From Setoptus koraiensis (lineage: Eukaryota > Animalia > Arthropoda), in contig CM106586.1 in the NCBI GenBank assembly GCA_048013815.1, positions 16,864,001 through 16,928,000 of the forward strand: a stretch of DNA of 64,000 nt, given 5' to 3'. This document shows positions 11,201-22,833 of this stretch, one piece after another. The position numbers were made by a program, and so were the translations under genes. The notes beneath the pieces are model-generated. The model was not told where the DNA came from and searched no databases. It saw only the letters and a program-made list of their open reading frames with translations. The number at the start of each line of letters is the position of its first letter. Within the stretch, counting starts at the first letter, position 1.

Positions 11201-14142
11201 CAACACGACTTGCAGTGGCCGCCTGAGCAACTCAACGCCGGCCACTTGCCATTTGTACGGGCTAGTGGGGCCCCACTGTAAGCTGCGTCGCGGTCGATGG
11301 CGATGAAATTGAATTATCCACTTGGCAGTGCGTCTCAATGTTGTTTGTGTATCGAGTTGGCCAACAAAAGTTAGTTTGCTCGCTTGTGCCGAGCTGTAAA
11401 AATGCCAAAAATGGCAGCGGCCAGCCGGAGCCAACTCTGCCGACCGGGCCCCAATCGCCCCGTTCTGCCAACCGGGCTCCAGTCGCCGCACTCTGCCAAC
11501 TGGGGCCCAGTTGGCCCGACGATAGCAGGCACGAGTGCCCGACAATGAGCGATATGGGCATCTGGCCGAACTGCCGGCCACAATTGTGATTAGCGGGCTG
11601 CTGGCGTGGACGCCAACTTGCCGGGCCGCGAACCGCACCGCAGGCTGCGGAGTGCGCAGTGCGGACTGCGGACCAGACTGGGCCGGGCCGGCCGCGCCGA
11701 TCGAGCGAACAATAAATTATACGGCCAATTGTCGGGCGAGTGTCGACAAGTGCAACTGGGCGCGACGCAACGAGCGACCATCGACGCTTTTGTCATTGTC
11801 ATTGGCAGTGTCACAATATGTAATTTCATTAGGATGCGGCACTTGCAATTTCCTCTCTCTCTCTCGGCCCCTCGCCCTATTGACGAGCCATCGACTGGCG
11901 GCCAACTGCTGGCCACCGGAAAATTGGTTCGGTGCCACCGAATCGGTCAGCGCTGTCCGTCGGGCGGCAGCGCCGAGCGGGCGCCCCAAAATACGAGCAC
12001 ACTGCCGGACGAAAATACGGGCACACTGCCGGACCAGCACATTGCTGGACGAAAAAACCCGGCCAGCTCGCTGGCTGGGTTTTTTCCGAAAAATATGCTA
12101 GTCGGCTCACGCGGCCATCTCGCGCGGCGCGAGACGTGACGCGGGCCGCCGCTCGGGCCACTCAATTGTCCGAGGCGCAATTTGAGACGGGCCCGAACTG
12201 GCAGCGCGATGCTGTCCGTGCCGGCGCCAACAAAATGCCCAATTGTCGACGGGCAGCAGGCCAATTTAATTTGACTCTCTCGCCCGTTTGTTCGCCCTGC
12301 GATGCCCCCTCTCGGCCGTACACAGTTTGTATTAGAAAGAGAATATACAATATACGATTCGTATATTCTGTATCGTATATTGTGTGCGCGGCGGGCGAAT
12401 TCAATTGTTGTAAAGTGAATTATCATCATTATCCTAGTTGCAATAACTCGACAGACTGGGCGAGAGAGAGAGAGAGAGAGAGAGAGATGTGAAAATACAA
12501 CGCGCCAGTTAATGCTCATTTTCGCCATCATGCAATCATCTAATGTCGGCCATAATGACACAACAATATCGCTCAAAAGCGCCCCACTTGCCAGCAAATG
12601 GTAGTGACATTCACTATATTTTTATATTGCTCGCTTGCCACTCACCAGCCAACGCAATAAGTGCAAAGCCGTGGGTCTTGCCAGCAGAGCCAGCCAGCAG
12701 TAGTTACCAGCATCTGGCGTAAACCTGAAATTGGCGCCATCTGGCGTTGTACCTCATCTGAAGATGCGTCGCACACCCGGCCATTTTATCCGCTTTATCT
12801 GCTGGTGTGCATAATTTCAAATATCCGCCTGTGGACGCCATTTCAATCAACGCCTCTGCCCGTGCAAAATGCGCGCGTATGTTGCCACAGCGAGCACCGT
12901 CCAACGGTTCGTGGGCACAGAATTTCTGCACAGAGCTGGCCCCAATTGTTTTATCCCGAAAATTATAAATCATTTCCCTGGGCCCCATCCAGCGCGCGGC
13001 CGGCCCCAGTGCATTAACTCGATGCCAAGGCAACCATTAAGTTCTGCAGGCCACTCATGCTCGCCGAGCTATCATGCGGGCCGGCCCCATTTTTAAGCGC
13101 TGGCAAGCCAGACTAATAACCAGACTGGCACGGCGATGCACACAACACAACAGAGCGATTTTAGCAAATTGCAATAATAAAAGAAAGAAAGGAAACAATT
13201 TATGCAAATCACGTGCCAGCCACTAGACTGCTGCATTTAGCTAATTGATCCGCCGCCGCGGCAGCCATCACACGAGACGACAACGCAAAGATCCCTTTCG
13301 GGGGGCCCCAATGGCGCACCCGATGATGCCGCCAGACTCATCGGCTGAAACGCTTCGTGGGCTGGCTATTTTTAGTGAACGATTGATCATTGTTTGTTTG
13401 CTCGACAAACAGCGCACACGGAATAATTTGCCAGTGAGTTGACTGAGTTGACAGTGTGAATTACTAGTCGCTTTCGGGGGCCCCACACTCCACACCGATC
13501 TCGTCGCTGATGCGCGCTGTCTAAAGTTTACTTTTCAGTGCAAGCGTAGCATTTTCACCTTGATACTATCAAGTTGATAGCCGCCGACCACTGTGTGCGT
13601 GTAATGAAATCAGAGTCGGGCCCCAGGCTGCCGGCCCACACAATTAATTATTCCAGGCCAAGTTATGATCAGTGCGCATTATAAATGACAGTTGCGATGA
13701 GTATTGGCAGTGTTTCAATTATCCTCATAAGCGTGCCCTTATGAGCTGGCCGCTTCCAGCGATCGTCGTCTAAATATAACTGTTGGCGAAAATTCAATTC
13801 CGATGATTGCGCGATTCGGGCGAATAAACTCAACAAACACCAATAATCGCCCCCCATAAACAACAATTATTATTCTGCGGTGATTATCCGATCGCGCGAC
13901 CCCTACGAGCGCCTGACAATGCACCGAAATGCCGGATTTCGTCTGCAGCTCGCTTTGACACAACAACGAAACAGTTTGCTACAAAACAATTCGCTGTCGC
14001 TTCGAGAGTTGGCCTCTCGAATTGGGCGACCCAAAAATCTCGTCAACCGGAAAAACCCAACGCGTTGGACGCGCGCTAACCAACCGGCCAATTGAGGTAT
14101 GATTCGCAGACAAACACTGGCCAGATTTTCTACTCAAAATAC

Positions 14143-14148
14143 TTTATT
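14143..14148 (-). promoter_or_regulatory. Likely poly(A) signal of TRPN
   Basis: AATAAA about 45 nt after the stop codon. Confidence 0.5.
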
Positions 14149-14192
14149 TCTGGTCAGTTACGTAAGTTTCGCAGCGATACAACACACGCGGC

Positions 14193-17100
14193 CTAGTCCC
14201 GGTCGGTGGCGTTGGTCGTCTCGATGACCTCCTCTTCCTCTTTTATGATGACGCCAATGTTTTCCCAGTATTTTTTCACAATTATGCTCCAATTGACCAC
14301 CTCGTTCACTCGCTTTATGTTGGCCGCTTCCACGTTGCACACGGACACCGCCTGCGACAGGGCCGACATGCCCGTGGTGTGTCCGTTGGCGTGGCCGCCC
14401 GGGCCGCCGCCGCTACCGCCACCAATCGAGTTGTTCGTATTGCCCCCGGTTTGTCCGGCGGAAGTTGCGCCCGCGCCGCCGTTCATGATGTCCTGAATGG
14501 ACGCTTGGGTGTCCTTGCGCTGCGCCATCCGCTGCGCCAACCGGGGCGACTTGGACATCCAGATTTGGGCGGCGCGCGAGGCCGCGCCCGAGACGCTCTG
14601 TTTGCGATTGAAGGCCGCAATGGCCATTTTCTCTGTTTTTTGGCGCTGCTGCTGCCGTCGCTTAAATTCCCTGTACAAATCCAACCAGATGCCCACCAGC
14701 AATATGAGGGGCGACGGCGTGGGCGAGGTGCGTATCATGTTGCGTATTAGAGTGGCCCGGCCAAATTTCCACTCGATATCGGAGCGGGCCTCAATGCGCT
14801 GATAAGTGTTTGACATCATGGCGATGAGCAAATTGATTAAAACAACCACTGTTATCATCATGTAAACACCGAACACTATCTTCATGATGACCTTCGAGAA
14901 ACTGGGGCTCTGATGCATGGGCGGCATAAAATCTGGCTCCACCAGGCCGAACAGCGAATAGAATAACATTTCGAACGTAAACAGTGGCGACTGAAATTCA
15001 ATACCCATGCTGGGCGTGTTAGTTGCAACTAGTTGCTGACCGGCGCCGCCGCCGCTCGTCGATGAGGCCTGTCCGTCGGCGGCCGGCGGACTTGACACGC
15101 CGGGCACATTAATTAGCGCACTCAAATTGGCCTGGGGTGGCTCAAAAACGGGCACGTAGATGGCGCTTACGGTTAGCGAAAAGCCCAACAAAAATATGCC
15201 CATTATCACCAAAAAGCGCATCATATCCTTCATGAGATCCTGTATAATGACCGCCCACGGTCCAAACAAATGGTGGAAGGTGAGAAAATTGAGCAGCTCC
15301 ACGAAGGACAACAGCAGCACCAGGGCCATCAATTGGTTGCGCACAAACAGGACATAGGGTCGCATTTCGTCGCTCAAAAATACGCCGCCAAATATGTGCA
15401 CCGTTATGGCGGTGAAACCGATCACCAAATTGACTAATTTTATCGAGCCAAAGCCCGCCTTGTCGGGCGGATTTGACATGGTGGTGGCCAGGATGCCCAT
15501 GAACCACAACAGCAGCAGCCACTCGTGGAAGGGCGGTATCATGTTGGTCCAGCGATATATGGGCAGCCAGGGATTTATGATGGTGAACACCAGCAATATG
15601 ATAAAGAACAGATGCGACACCAAATACGACATGAACTTTATCACAGGGATGGTGGCCAGCCGATGCTGGGCTCGAGAAATTTCCGAGGTTTCCGAGAATT
15701 GGCACACAAATTTTAGGTAAGAGAGAGTATTACAAATAAATAATTATGTAACGGTAATTATGCAACAAAAGATTAATACTTTTAGTGTTCGCGCACATAT
15801 TGAACTTGCAAAAAGTTAATTAACCAGCCGACTAATTAGTGGACGAGCTGAACAGGCGACTCTTAGGACTTCTTAACGATTTCGGAATAATTTCGGCGGA
15901 CCCGAGGCCGTTTTTCGGTGAACACTGTGTTCGCGCCGAATTTTTCGGCAAAAAATTTTTTCGAAATTTTTCGAAATTTTTCAAAATTTTTCGAAATTTT
16001 TCGAAAATTTTCGAAATTTTTCAAAATTTCCGAAATTCTGAAAATTTTGAAAATTCGAAAATTTGAAAGTTTCGAAAAACGAATCTCGCCTCGGATTGGC
16101 CGAAATGCGCGATCGGAGTCAGACGATCGCGATTAGTTTTGTTTTCACTGAGCCTTGAGGTCCGAAATTCTATCGAAATCGGTGAAAAATAATGCCTGTG
16201 CCATAACTAGAAAAGCCAACGAGAAAAGTGCTTTTCACAGCGAGAAAATACTGGGTTGGTTGAGAAAATCATCGCGTCGCTCCACTGGCCACAAGGCTCC
16301 ATTGTGCCCAGTAATTAGTTGGCTGGTTAATTAACTGTTTGCGACTGCCCGAAATTGGTGGCGCGTGACTTGACGTCCCGTGGCACGGGTCGCCTCGCGC
16401 CGGGTAACAAATTAAACTGGCGCCGGGCAACTAATTCAACTGGCGCCGGGCAACTAGGTACGCTGCCTCTGATAGGCGGGGGACGGGGTAAGATCTTATA
16501 TATAATTGAGATGTGATATGAGTACTTACGCCAACGGGGCACGACACGGCCACCCAAATGGGCGGAAAGACGAGAAAACCGAAGAATAGCAGCACGAATT
16601 TCCAGGCCGACCACGACAATGATCCTATCCACACGTTGGACAGGTACCGTTGCACGGAGTGCTGCGAAACAACGTCCTTCCGGTCTAGCTCTATCAGCAC
16701 GTCCAAGAACTCGACCTGGTTGTGATCGAGCGATTTCAGCAGTGCGGTTGCATTATTGGTGCTGGCCACTATTGTGAGCAAATCTGTGGCCACTTGATCG
16801 CACAAGTCGCGCGCAACAACCAAATCCTTGGCTCGATCCTTGTCTTTTTCCACCAGCAACTCGTAACATTTTGCCAGCTTCACCGCTATGTCTATGGGGG
16901 CCTCGCTAACCAAAATAAACTCCTGAATGGGCCTGTTGTTGTGCTGCTTGCTGCAGGCCATCAGATCAATTAGGAACGTCTTGTCCTGCATCAAATCAAA
17001 CGAATCGTGATCCTTTTTCAGCAGATAACTCAGCACCTCCTTGTGGCCCGCGTTTGCGGCCATGCAAATGGGCACCTTGTCGTCGTTGCAGGTCATCTTG

Positions 17101-20100
17101 GGGTCGGCGCCGCTCTCCACCAGCAGCTTCACCACGTCCAGGTAGCCGTGCCGGGCCGCATAGTGGAGCGCCGTCCAACCGCGATCGTCCTGATAGTTCA
17201 TTTGGGCGCCCTGGCCGATGAGCAGCGCGGCCATGTCCTTGTGTCCGTGCGCCGACGAGAAATGCAGCGCGGTCCGGCCGTGCCCGTCCGCCTTGGTCAG
17301 CCCGTCCGTGGAGCGGCTGATGAGCAGGCCCGCCACCAGCAGGTGGCCGCCCTGCGCGGCCAGATGCACGGGAATGGTTTTCTGCGTGCGGATATAACGA
17401 GAGGTTAGTTAGTTATTTGTTGTCGGTGTCGGCGGATTTGGGGCTTTCGGCGGCTCTCGGCGCTGGGGTACTCACGTTGATCTCGGTGGGCGAGTCGACC
17501 TGGACGCCGGCGCTGTTGAGCAGCATCCGCACGACGCCCTCGTGCCCGTTGCGGCAGGCCAAGTGAAGGGGCGTGAGCCCGAAGTCGGCCTTGGGGTCGA
17601 CGCTGCTGCGCTCGCTGCGGATGCCGCCCGGCACGCGGCAGCGCAACATTTCGGCCACGAACTCGGTCTGGCCGCAATTGGAGGCGACGTGCAACGCGGT
17701 CAGTCCGTTCCGTTTGCTGCACAATTTCCAGTCGCTGTTGCGGATGGTGTGCAGCACCTTGACGTGACCGTTTTTTGCGGCCAAATGAAGCGCGGTCTCG
17801 CCGAGCATGTTCTCGTCGCTGGGCTTTGCGCCGCTTTGCAGCAGCAAGCGCACTATTTCGGCGTATCCGTTTTCGCTGGCCAAATGCAACGCGGTCAGTC
17901 CCGACTTTTTGATGCGGTTCTGAATGACCGCGTCCCGGTTGAAGCGCAGCAACTCCTTGATGGCGCCCAAGCTTCCGTTCATGGCCGCTATGTGGGCGCA
18001 AGTGTAACCGTTCTTGTTGGGCATAATCAGTAGTTCGGGCCGGTTTGTGAGAAACAATTTCAGCACGTCGGCGTGATTCTTGCGTGCAGCCAAATGCAAG
18101 GGCGTTTGGCTCTGGTTGTCTATGGCATTTAGGTCGCTGCCCAGCTTCAAAAGCAGCGTTTCGCACACCTCCAACTGGCCATTTTCGGCGGCCAAATGCA
18201 ACGGAGTTTGCTTGACCAGGGTCATGGCGTCCAGAATGGCGCCGTGCTCGGTCACTAACTGGAGCACCATCGATATGAAGCCGTGTTTGGCCGCTATGTG
18301 GAGCGGCGTCATGCCGGGCTTGTTGCGCACGTTCACGAAGGCGTTGTGCTCGAGCAATATGTCCACCACTTGCTCGTGGCCGCGGCCCACGGCCACGTGC
18401 AGCGGCGCCTCGCCGTTCTCGTCGAACACGTCTATGCGCGCCGTCTGGTTGATGAGCATCCTAATCAGTTCCGGGTGACCGTGATAACAGGCATAAAACA
18501 GCGGTGTCCACAGCGACTTGGCGGGCTTATTGCAAGCGAGCTGACAGTCTTGCTGGCTCAAATGGGCGAATATTTCTTGCAAAATGTTTGTGTTGCCCGA
18601 TTGGCAGTTGTAATGGACGGGCGTTTGTAGTTGGTTGAAATTTTGCAAAAATACGTCGCCGCCGTGATTCAGTAGCGCTTGCATGATATCGCGATCCTCC
18701 AATTCGTAATGGCTCAGCGAACCGGTCAAATTGGCCGCATAGTGAACGCTGCTCTCGCCAACGCTGTTCTGCTGATTAATTAACTTCTTTGCCTGAATGG
18801 GGTTCCGTTTCTCGTTCACGTGATACAATATGGTCTTGATGAGCAGACACTGGGATTCGCGTACGCACACGTGCAATATATTTTCGCCCAATGTGTTTTG
18901 CATGTCGATTTTGGCGCCGTCATTCAGCAGCAGCTCCATGGCCTTGGTGTTGCCCGAGCGCGTTGCGTAATGCAGCGGCGTCTCGTGCCCGTTCTCGGTG
19001 GCGTCGATGTCCGCGCCCGAGCGGATCAGCAAATCCACACAGTCCTCGCCGTCTTTTATCAGTGTGGCCAAATGGAGCGGCGTTTCGCCGTCGCGGGTCG
19101 TCTTCAGCTGCAAATTGGCGCCCAAGCCGAGCAACGCCTCCACTAGCTCGTGCTTGCCAAACTTGACCGCCAAATGGAGCGGCGTCAGCCCGTCCTTTGT
19201 GCGGCTGTCCACGTTCTCGCCCTTGGCCACGATGGCCTTCACCACCTCCACGTGGCCGCGAATGCTCGCTATGTGTATGCACTTGGCGCCCTCCTTGTTG
19301 GGCATATGAATGGGTATGCCCTTGCGGATGAACCCGAGCGCCGCCTGGGCATTGTACGCGCTCGAGGCCAAATGCATCAGCGTCGATCCGTCCTTTGTGC
19401 GATACATTATGGACGCCTTGAACTTTTCGGACAATATGTCCACTATGCGCTGTAAGCCGCGCGCTGTCGCCACGTGCAACGGGCTCTGGTGGTCGCGGTC
19501 CTGCACGTCCGGGTCGGCGCCCGCCTGGCACAGCAAGCGCACAAACTCCTCCAGTTCCTGTTCGCACGCTATGTGTAGCGCCGTTTGACCCTTCAGATTT
19601 TGCAGATCCAAATTGGAGCCGTAATCTATGGCCAGTTTGAGTATTTCGATGTCCTTGTTTTTGGTGGCCATGTGAATGACGTAATTGTCGTCGATGAGCC
19701 GCTTGAAGTGCAGCTGATCGCGCGGTATTGTCTGCAACAGATCCTGGACGGCGCCCTCGTTGCCCGCTTGCACCGCTATCAGCAACGGGATGTTGCCCTC
19801 GCCGTCTTGCTCGAGTCGGGCATTTTCGGGGCACGCCTCCAATAGCAAATTGAGCGCAGTGAGCGCCGACAGTGACGCCTTGCCCGCCAGTATGTGCAGC
19901 GGCAACTGCTCCTTAGCGCCGCCCCGCACCATCGGGTTGGCGCGGCACTGCAACAGGGTACGGATGGTGCCGTCCTGATCGTTGCCCTTTATCTGCGCGG
20001 TGGGTATAAACATACAGGCCAAGTGCAGCGGCGTCACATTGTCGCAATCGCACGCGTTCACGTTGTACCCGAGCCCGCGCACCAGCTTCTCTATTATGGC

Positions 20101-21921
20101 GGGCTTGTTGTCGCGGGCCGCGTACATCACGGGCGTCCACAGGGCGCCCTCGGTGACGCACCGACGCAACTCAAAACTGCCCCAGCTCTTCAGCGTGAAA
20201 TAGTGGCGCTTGTTGGCCAGTAGCTCCTCCACGGCGAGCCAGTCGCCGTTTTTGGCCAGCCACAACAGTTTCATGTCGAGCTCGTCGGGCTCGCGCATAA
20301 TAGACAGATCGAGCACCTTCAATTGACTCATGTCGATTGGCTGATTGGCGGGCTCCGGCCCGCACCCCCCGCCGGACAGTGGCGCCACCTCGGGCTGCTG
20401 GGCCGCCACTGGCTGGCCACTGTCCGGGCCGCCTAATGATGATGTCAGCCCGGCGCCCAAATCGATGGATATCACATTATCGCTTATGTGAACCAGCTGG
20501 CTATTATTAGCTGGTTGCGCCGGCGGGCCGCCGCTCATGACGTCGCTCGTTAATAAGGAGCCTCGCCGATTTTGCCGGCCCGTCTCCGCTGCACCCGACA
20601 CCGGCTGTGCGGCGAACTTTGCGTGCTGCTGCGCCACATTACCGATGTGACCGATTTGGGCCTGATTAACGAGCGGCGAGCCGCCACTTCCGGTCGCAGA
20701 CGGCTGCTGCACGGATGCGGCTGGCCCGGTCCCGGCCGCCGTGGCTGCTGGGCCGGCCCCCATCGCGGTCGGGTCGGCGCCCGGCACAAGCACATGCGAC
20801 GAATTGGTCTTCTTGAGGATGCCCTTATGTATCGGTTGGGGCGCATTATTGGTGGTCTGTTGTTTATTGCCGGCGTTAGCGGTTATTGCGCCGCTGGCCG
20901 CCGCCGCCGGTCTCGTTGCCAGCGTGTGACCCGGCGCTAATGGGGCCTCTAATGCGCGGCCCGCCGCTAGCTGTTGTCCGCCAGCGACGAGCGCATCAGC
21001 GCTGCCGAGCGAAGTGGCGCCGTCATGATCCGATGAATCACGGCACTGGTCGGCGTCGGGTCCCGGTCGGCGCGCTTGTTCGCGATTGAACATTTGCCCG
21101 GTCGGCGGGCTGCTGCCGTTGTTATTTTCGGCCGCCGGATTGCTGGCCATATTGAACGGCGGCATGCTGTTACTATTCATTATTGGCCTGACGGGGCTCA
21201 CTAGCGGCGATCTACTGGCGCTGGTGTCGCTAATGGGGCCCAAAGTTGCGCAAGTAGCTGGGTGCGGGTCCGCATTGTTTGTTTGTCGCCGGTGTCGTTC
21301 ATTGTTTGTCGTCGTGGTCGTCGTCGTCGTGGTGGCCGGTGCAATTGGAGCGGCCACGCAATCGGTCAATTTCTCAAATTGCACTTGCTGCTGCTGCTTG
21401 CCGTTTGTCGTTGCGTCGCTGCTGCGGCCAGAGGGGCCCAAAGTGGGGCCGCTTTGCCTCGAGCAAGCCCTCTCGTTGGCCTCAATCACAATCTGGGACA
21501 TGTCGAGCACAACGGCCGAGCGCTGCGTTCCGTCTCGGGCCTCATTGGCGCTTCTCAATTGGCCGTGCGGGTCGCCGCGGCCCGAGCCCTCGTCGCTTCC
21601 GTCGTCGCTGGCGGGCCGCGCAATCGAGGACGACGACGAGCTGGCCCGATCGTCTCCCCGAATCACATTCAAAGTCTGTAGATCGTCTTGGTGCTGCTTG
21701 GACGTCAGATCGGTGTAATAAAAAGACAGCGTCGTCGTGGCCGCACTCAATTCGGCCCGCTGACCACTAATATCTGGCAATTGCGTTACGACTTGTAGTT
21801 GTTGTTGCTGTTGTTGCTGTTGGTCTTGATGGGCCACGGAGCTCACTTTATTTCTGCCCGACACAAAACAACTTCGTGGCTTCGAAGTGGGCGCGCTCTG
21901 GGGCACCTTCTTGCGGCGCAT
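14193..21921 (-). CDS. nompC: NompC/TRPN mechanosensitive TRP channel, 3 exons (21921-17476, 17381-16530, 15665-14193), ~2256 aa
   Basis: About 29-30 ankyrin repeats (GxTPLHxA) counted by eye, followed by NompC-like segments NNRPIQEFILVS, VEFLDVLIE, IKFMSYL, FHHLFGPWA, VLINLLIAMMSNTYQRI and SDIEWKFG. Both introns are phase-0 GT-AG (AAC|GTGAGT..CGCAG|AAA, 94 nt; GGC|GTAAGT..CCCAG|CAT, 864 nt) and join the three ORFs in frame. Start taken as the ATG of MRRKK; an upstream exon is not excluded. Confidence 0.93.
15951..16079. repeat. ~10-bp period A/T-tract array in TRPN intron 2
   Basis: Unit close to AAATTTTTCG, degenerating toward 16079. Confidence 0.85.
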
Positions 21922-22415
21922 TTTATCCTTCGATGCACTTGATTGCTGAACTGGCAAGTACACAACCATTTGCGATATGATTGCTCGCTTGCTGATGCTG
22001 CCACTAACTGCTCTATTTGTGAGCTCGATTTGCCAGCCTCGGTTGTATCAAGTGGGTCGATGGGCCATTTTCGGTTGCACCCACGACAAACGCAAACTGA
22101 AACACGCCAACGGACAGGCCCAAGCCGTTATGGCCAGCAGCTCGAAGCCTCCAACTGATCAAAATGTCCATTTCCTGGCACGCGCCGTGCACAGAATCGC
22201 GACGGCCCCTCATTCAAATCAAATTCATTGGGGCCTGGAGTGGAATTATTTATAACTCGCGAGTTGTACCTACCCACACATAAATACACACATAAAAATG
22301 TATATAAATTCAAAAAGATTGCCCCGGACAGACAAGCGCCGAAGCATGGGCATAATCTGGCGTTTTAATTATTCAATTTTTAACAAACAACAGCAGTTGT
22401 AACAAAGAGCTCGCG

Positions 22416-22421
22416 TTTATT
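22416..22421 (-). promoter_or_regulatory. Likely poly(A) signal of the ADAR-like gene
   Basis: First AATAAA I found on the minus strand after the stop at 22834, followed by a GU-rich TGTTGTTTGTT tract. Confidence 0.55.
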
Positions 22422-22449
22422 AATTCGTGCGACGGACGCGCAAAGCCAA

Positions 22450-22511
22450 TTTCGCGACGGTTTCGGCGATTGTTTCACCGAATCGAAACAATTGCCGAAA
22501 CCGTCGCGAAA
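22450..22511. other. Near-perfect 27-bp hairpin with 8-nt loop
   Basis: 26 Watson-Crick pairs plus one G-T pair (22468/22493), checked base by base. Confidence 0.9.
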
Positions 22512-22833
22512 CAGGCCAGCGAGCATCCGCCAACTGCCCAGTGGGGCCGCCGACTCCGCGTCGCGACAACAGGCTCGCACAATGACATTGCGACAATATT
22601 TTGCGACACGCACGAAACAACGGGGCCCCAATGAGTCGTGCCAGCCGACGGAGATATAAATCAATGCAGCGGCCCCGTCGGGCGCAGTGGGGCCCCGGTG
22701 GACGCAGCGAGGCTTCGGTGTCTCGAGGGCGGCCTCTTTCGGCGGCAGATAAAATAGAAGTGACATTTTTCGGAATAGGAAAATTCGAAAATTTCCACCG
22801 GAAATGACGGCTAGTCGCTCAATTTTTTGGCCC

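Noticed and set aside
12704-13033. 109-aa minus-strand ORF with ordinary composition
   Set aside because: No family similarity recognised and no supporting neighbouring exons.
76-14100. Numerous 60-216 aa ORFs in the first 14 kb
   Set aside because: They are R/A/P/G-rich or microsatellite-derived (poly-L, VCVC, THTH, 9-bp arrays), overlap on both strands, and show no domain or consistent splice chain.
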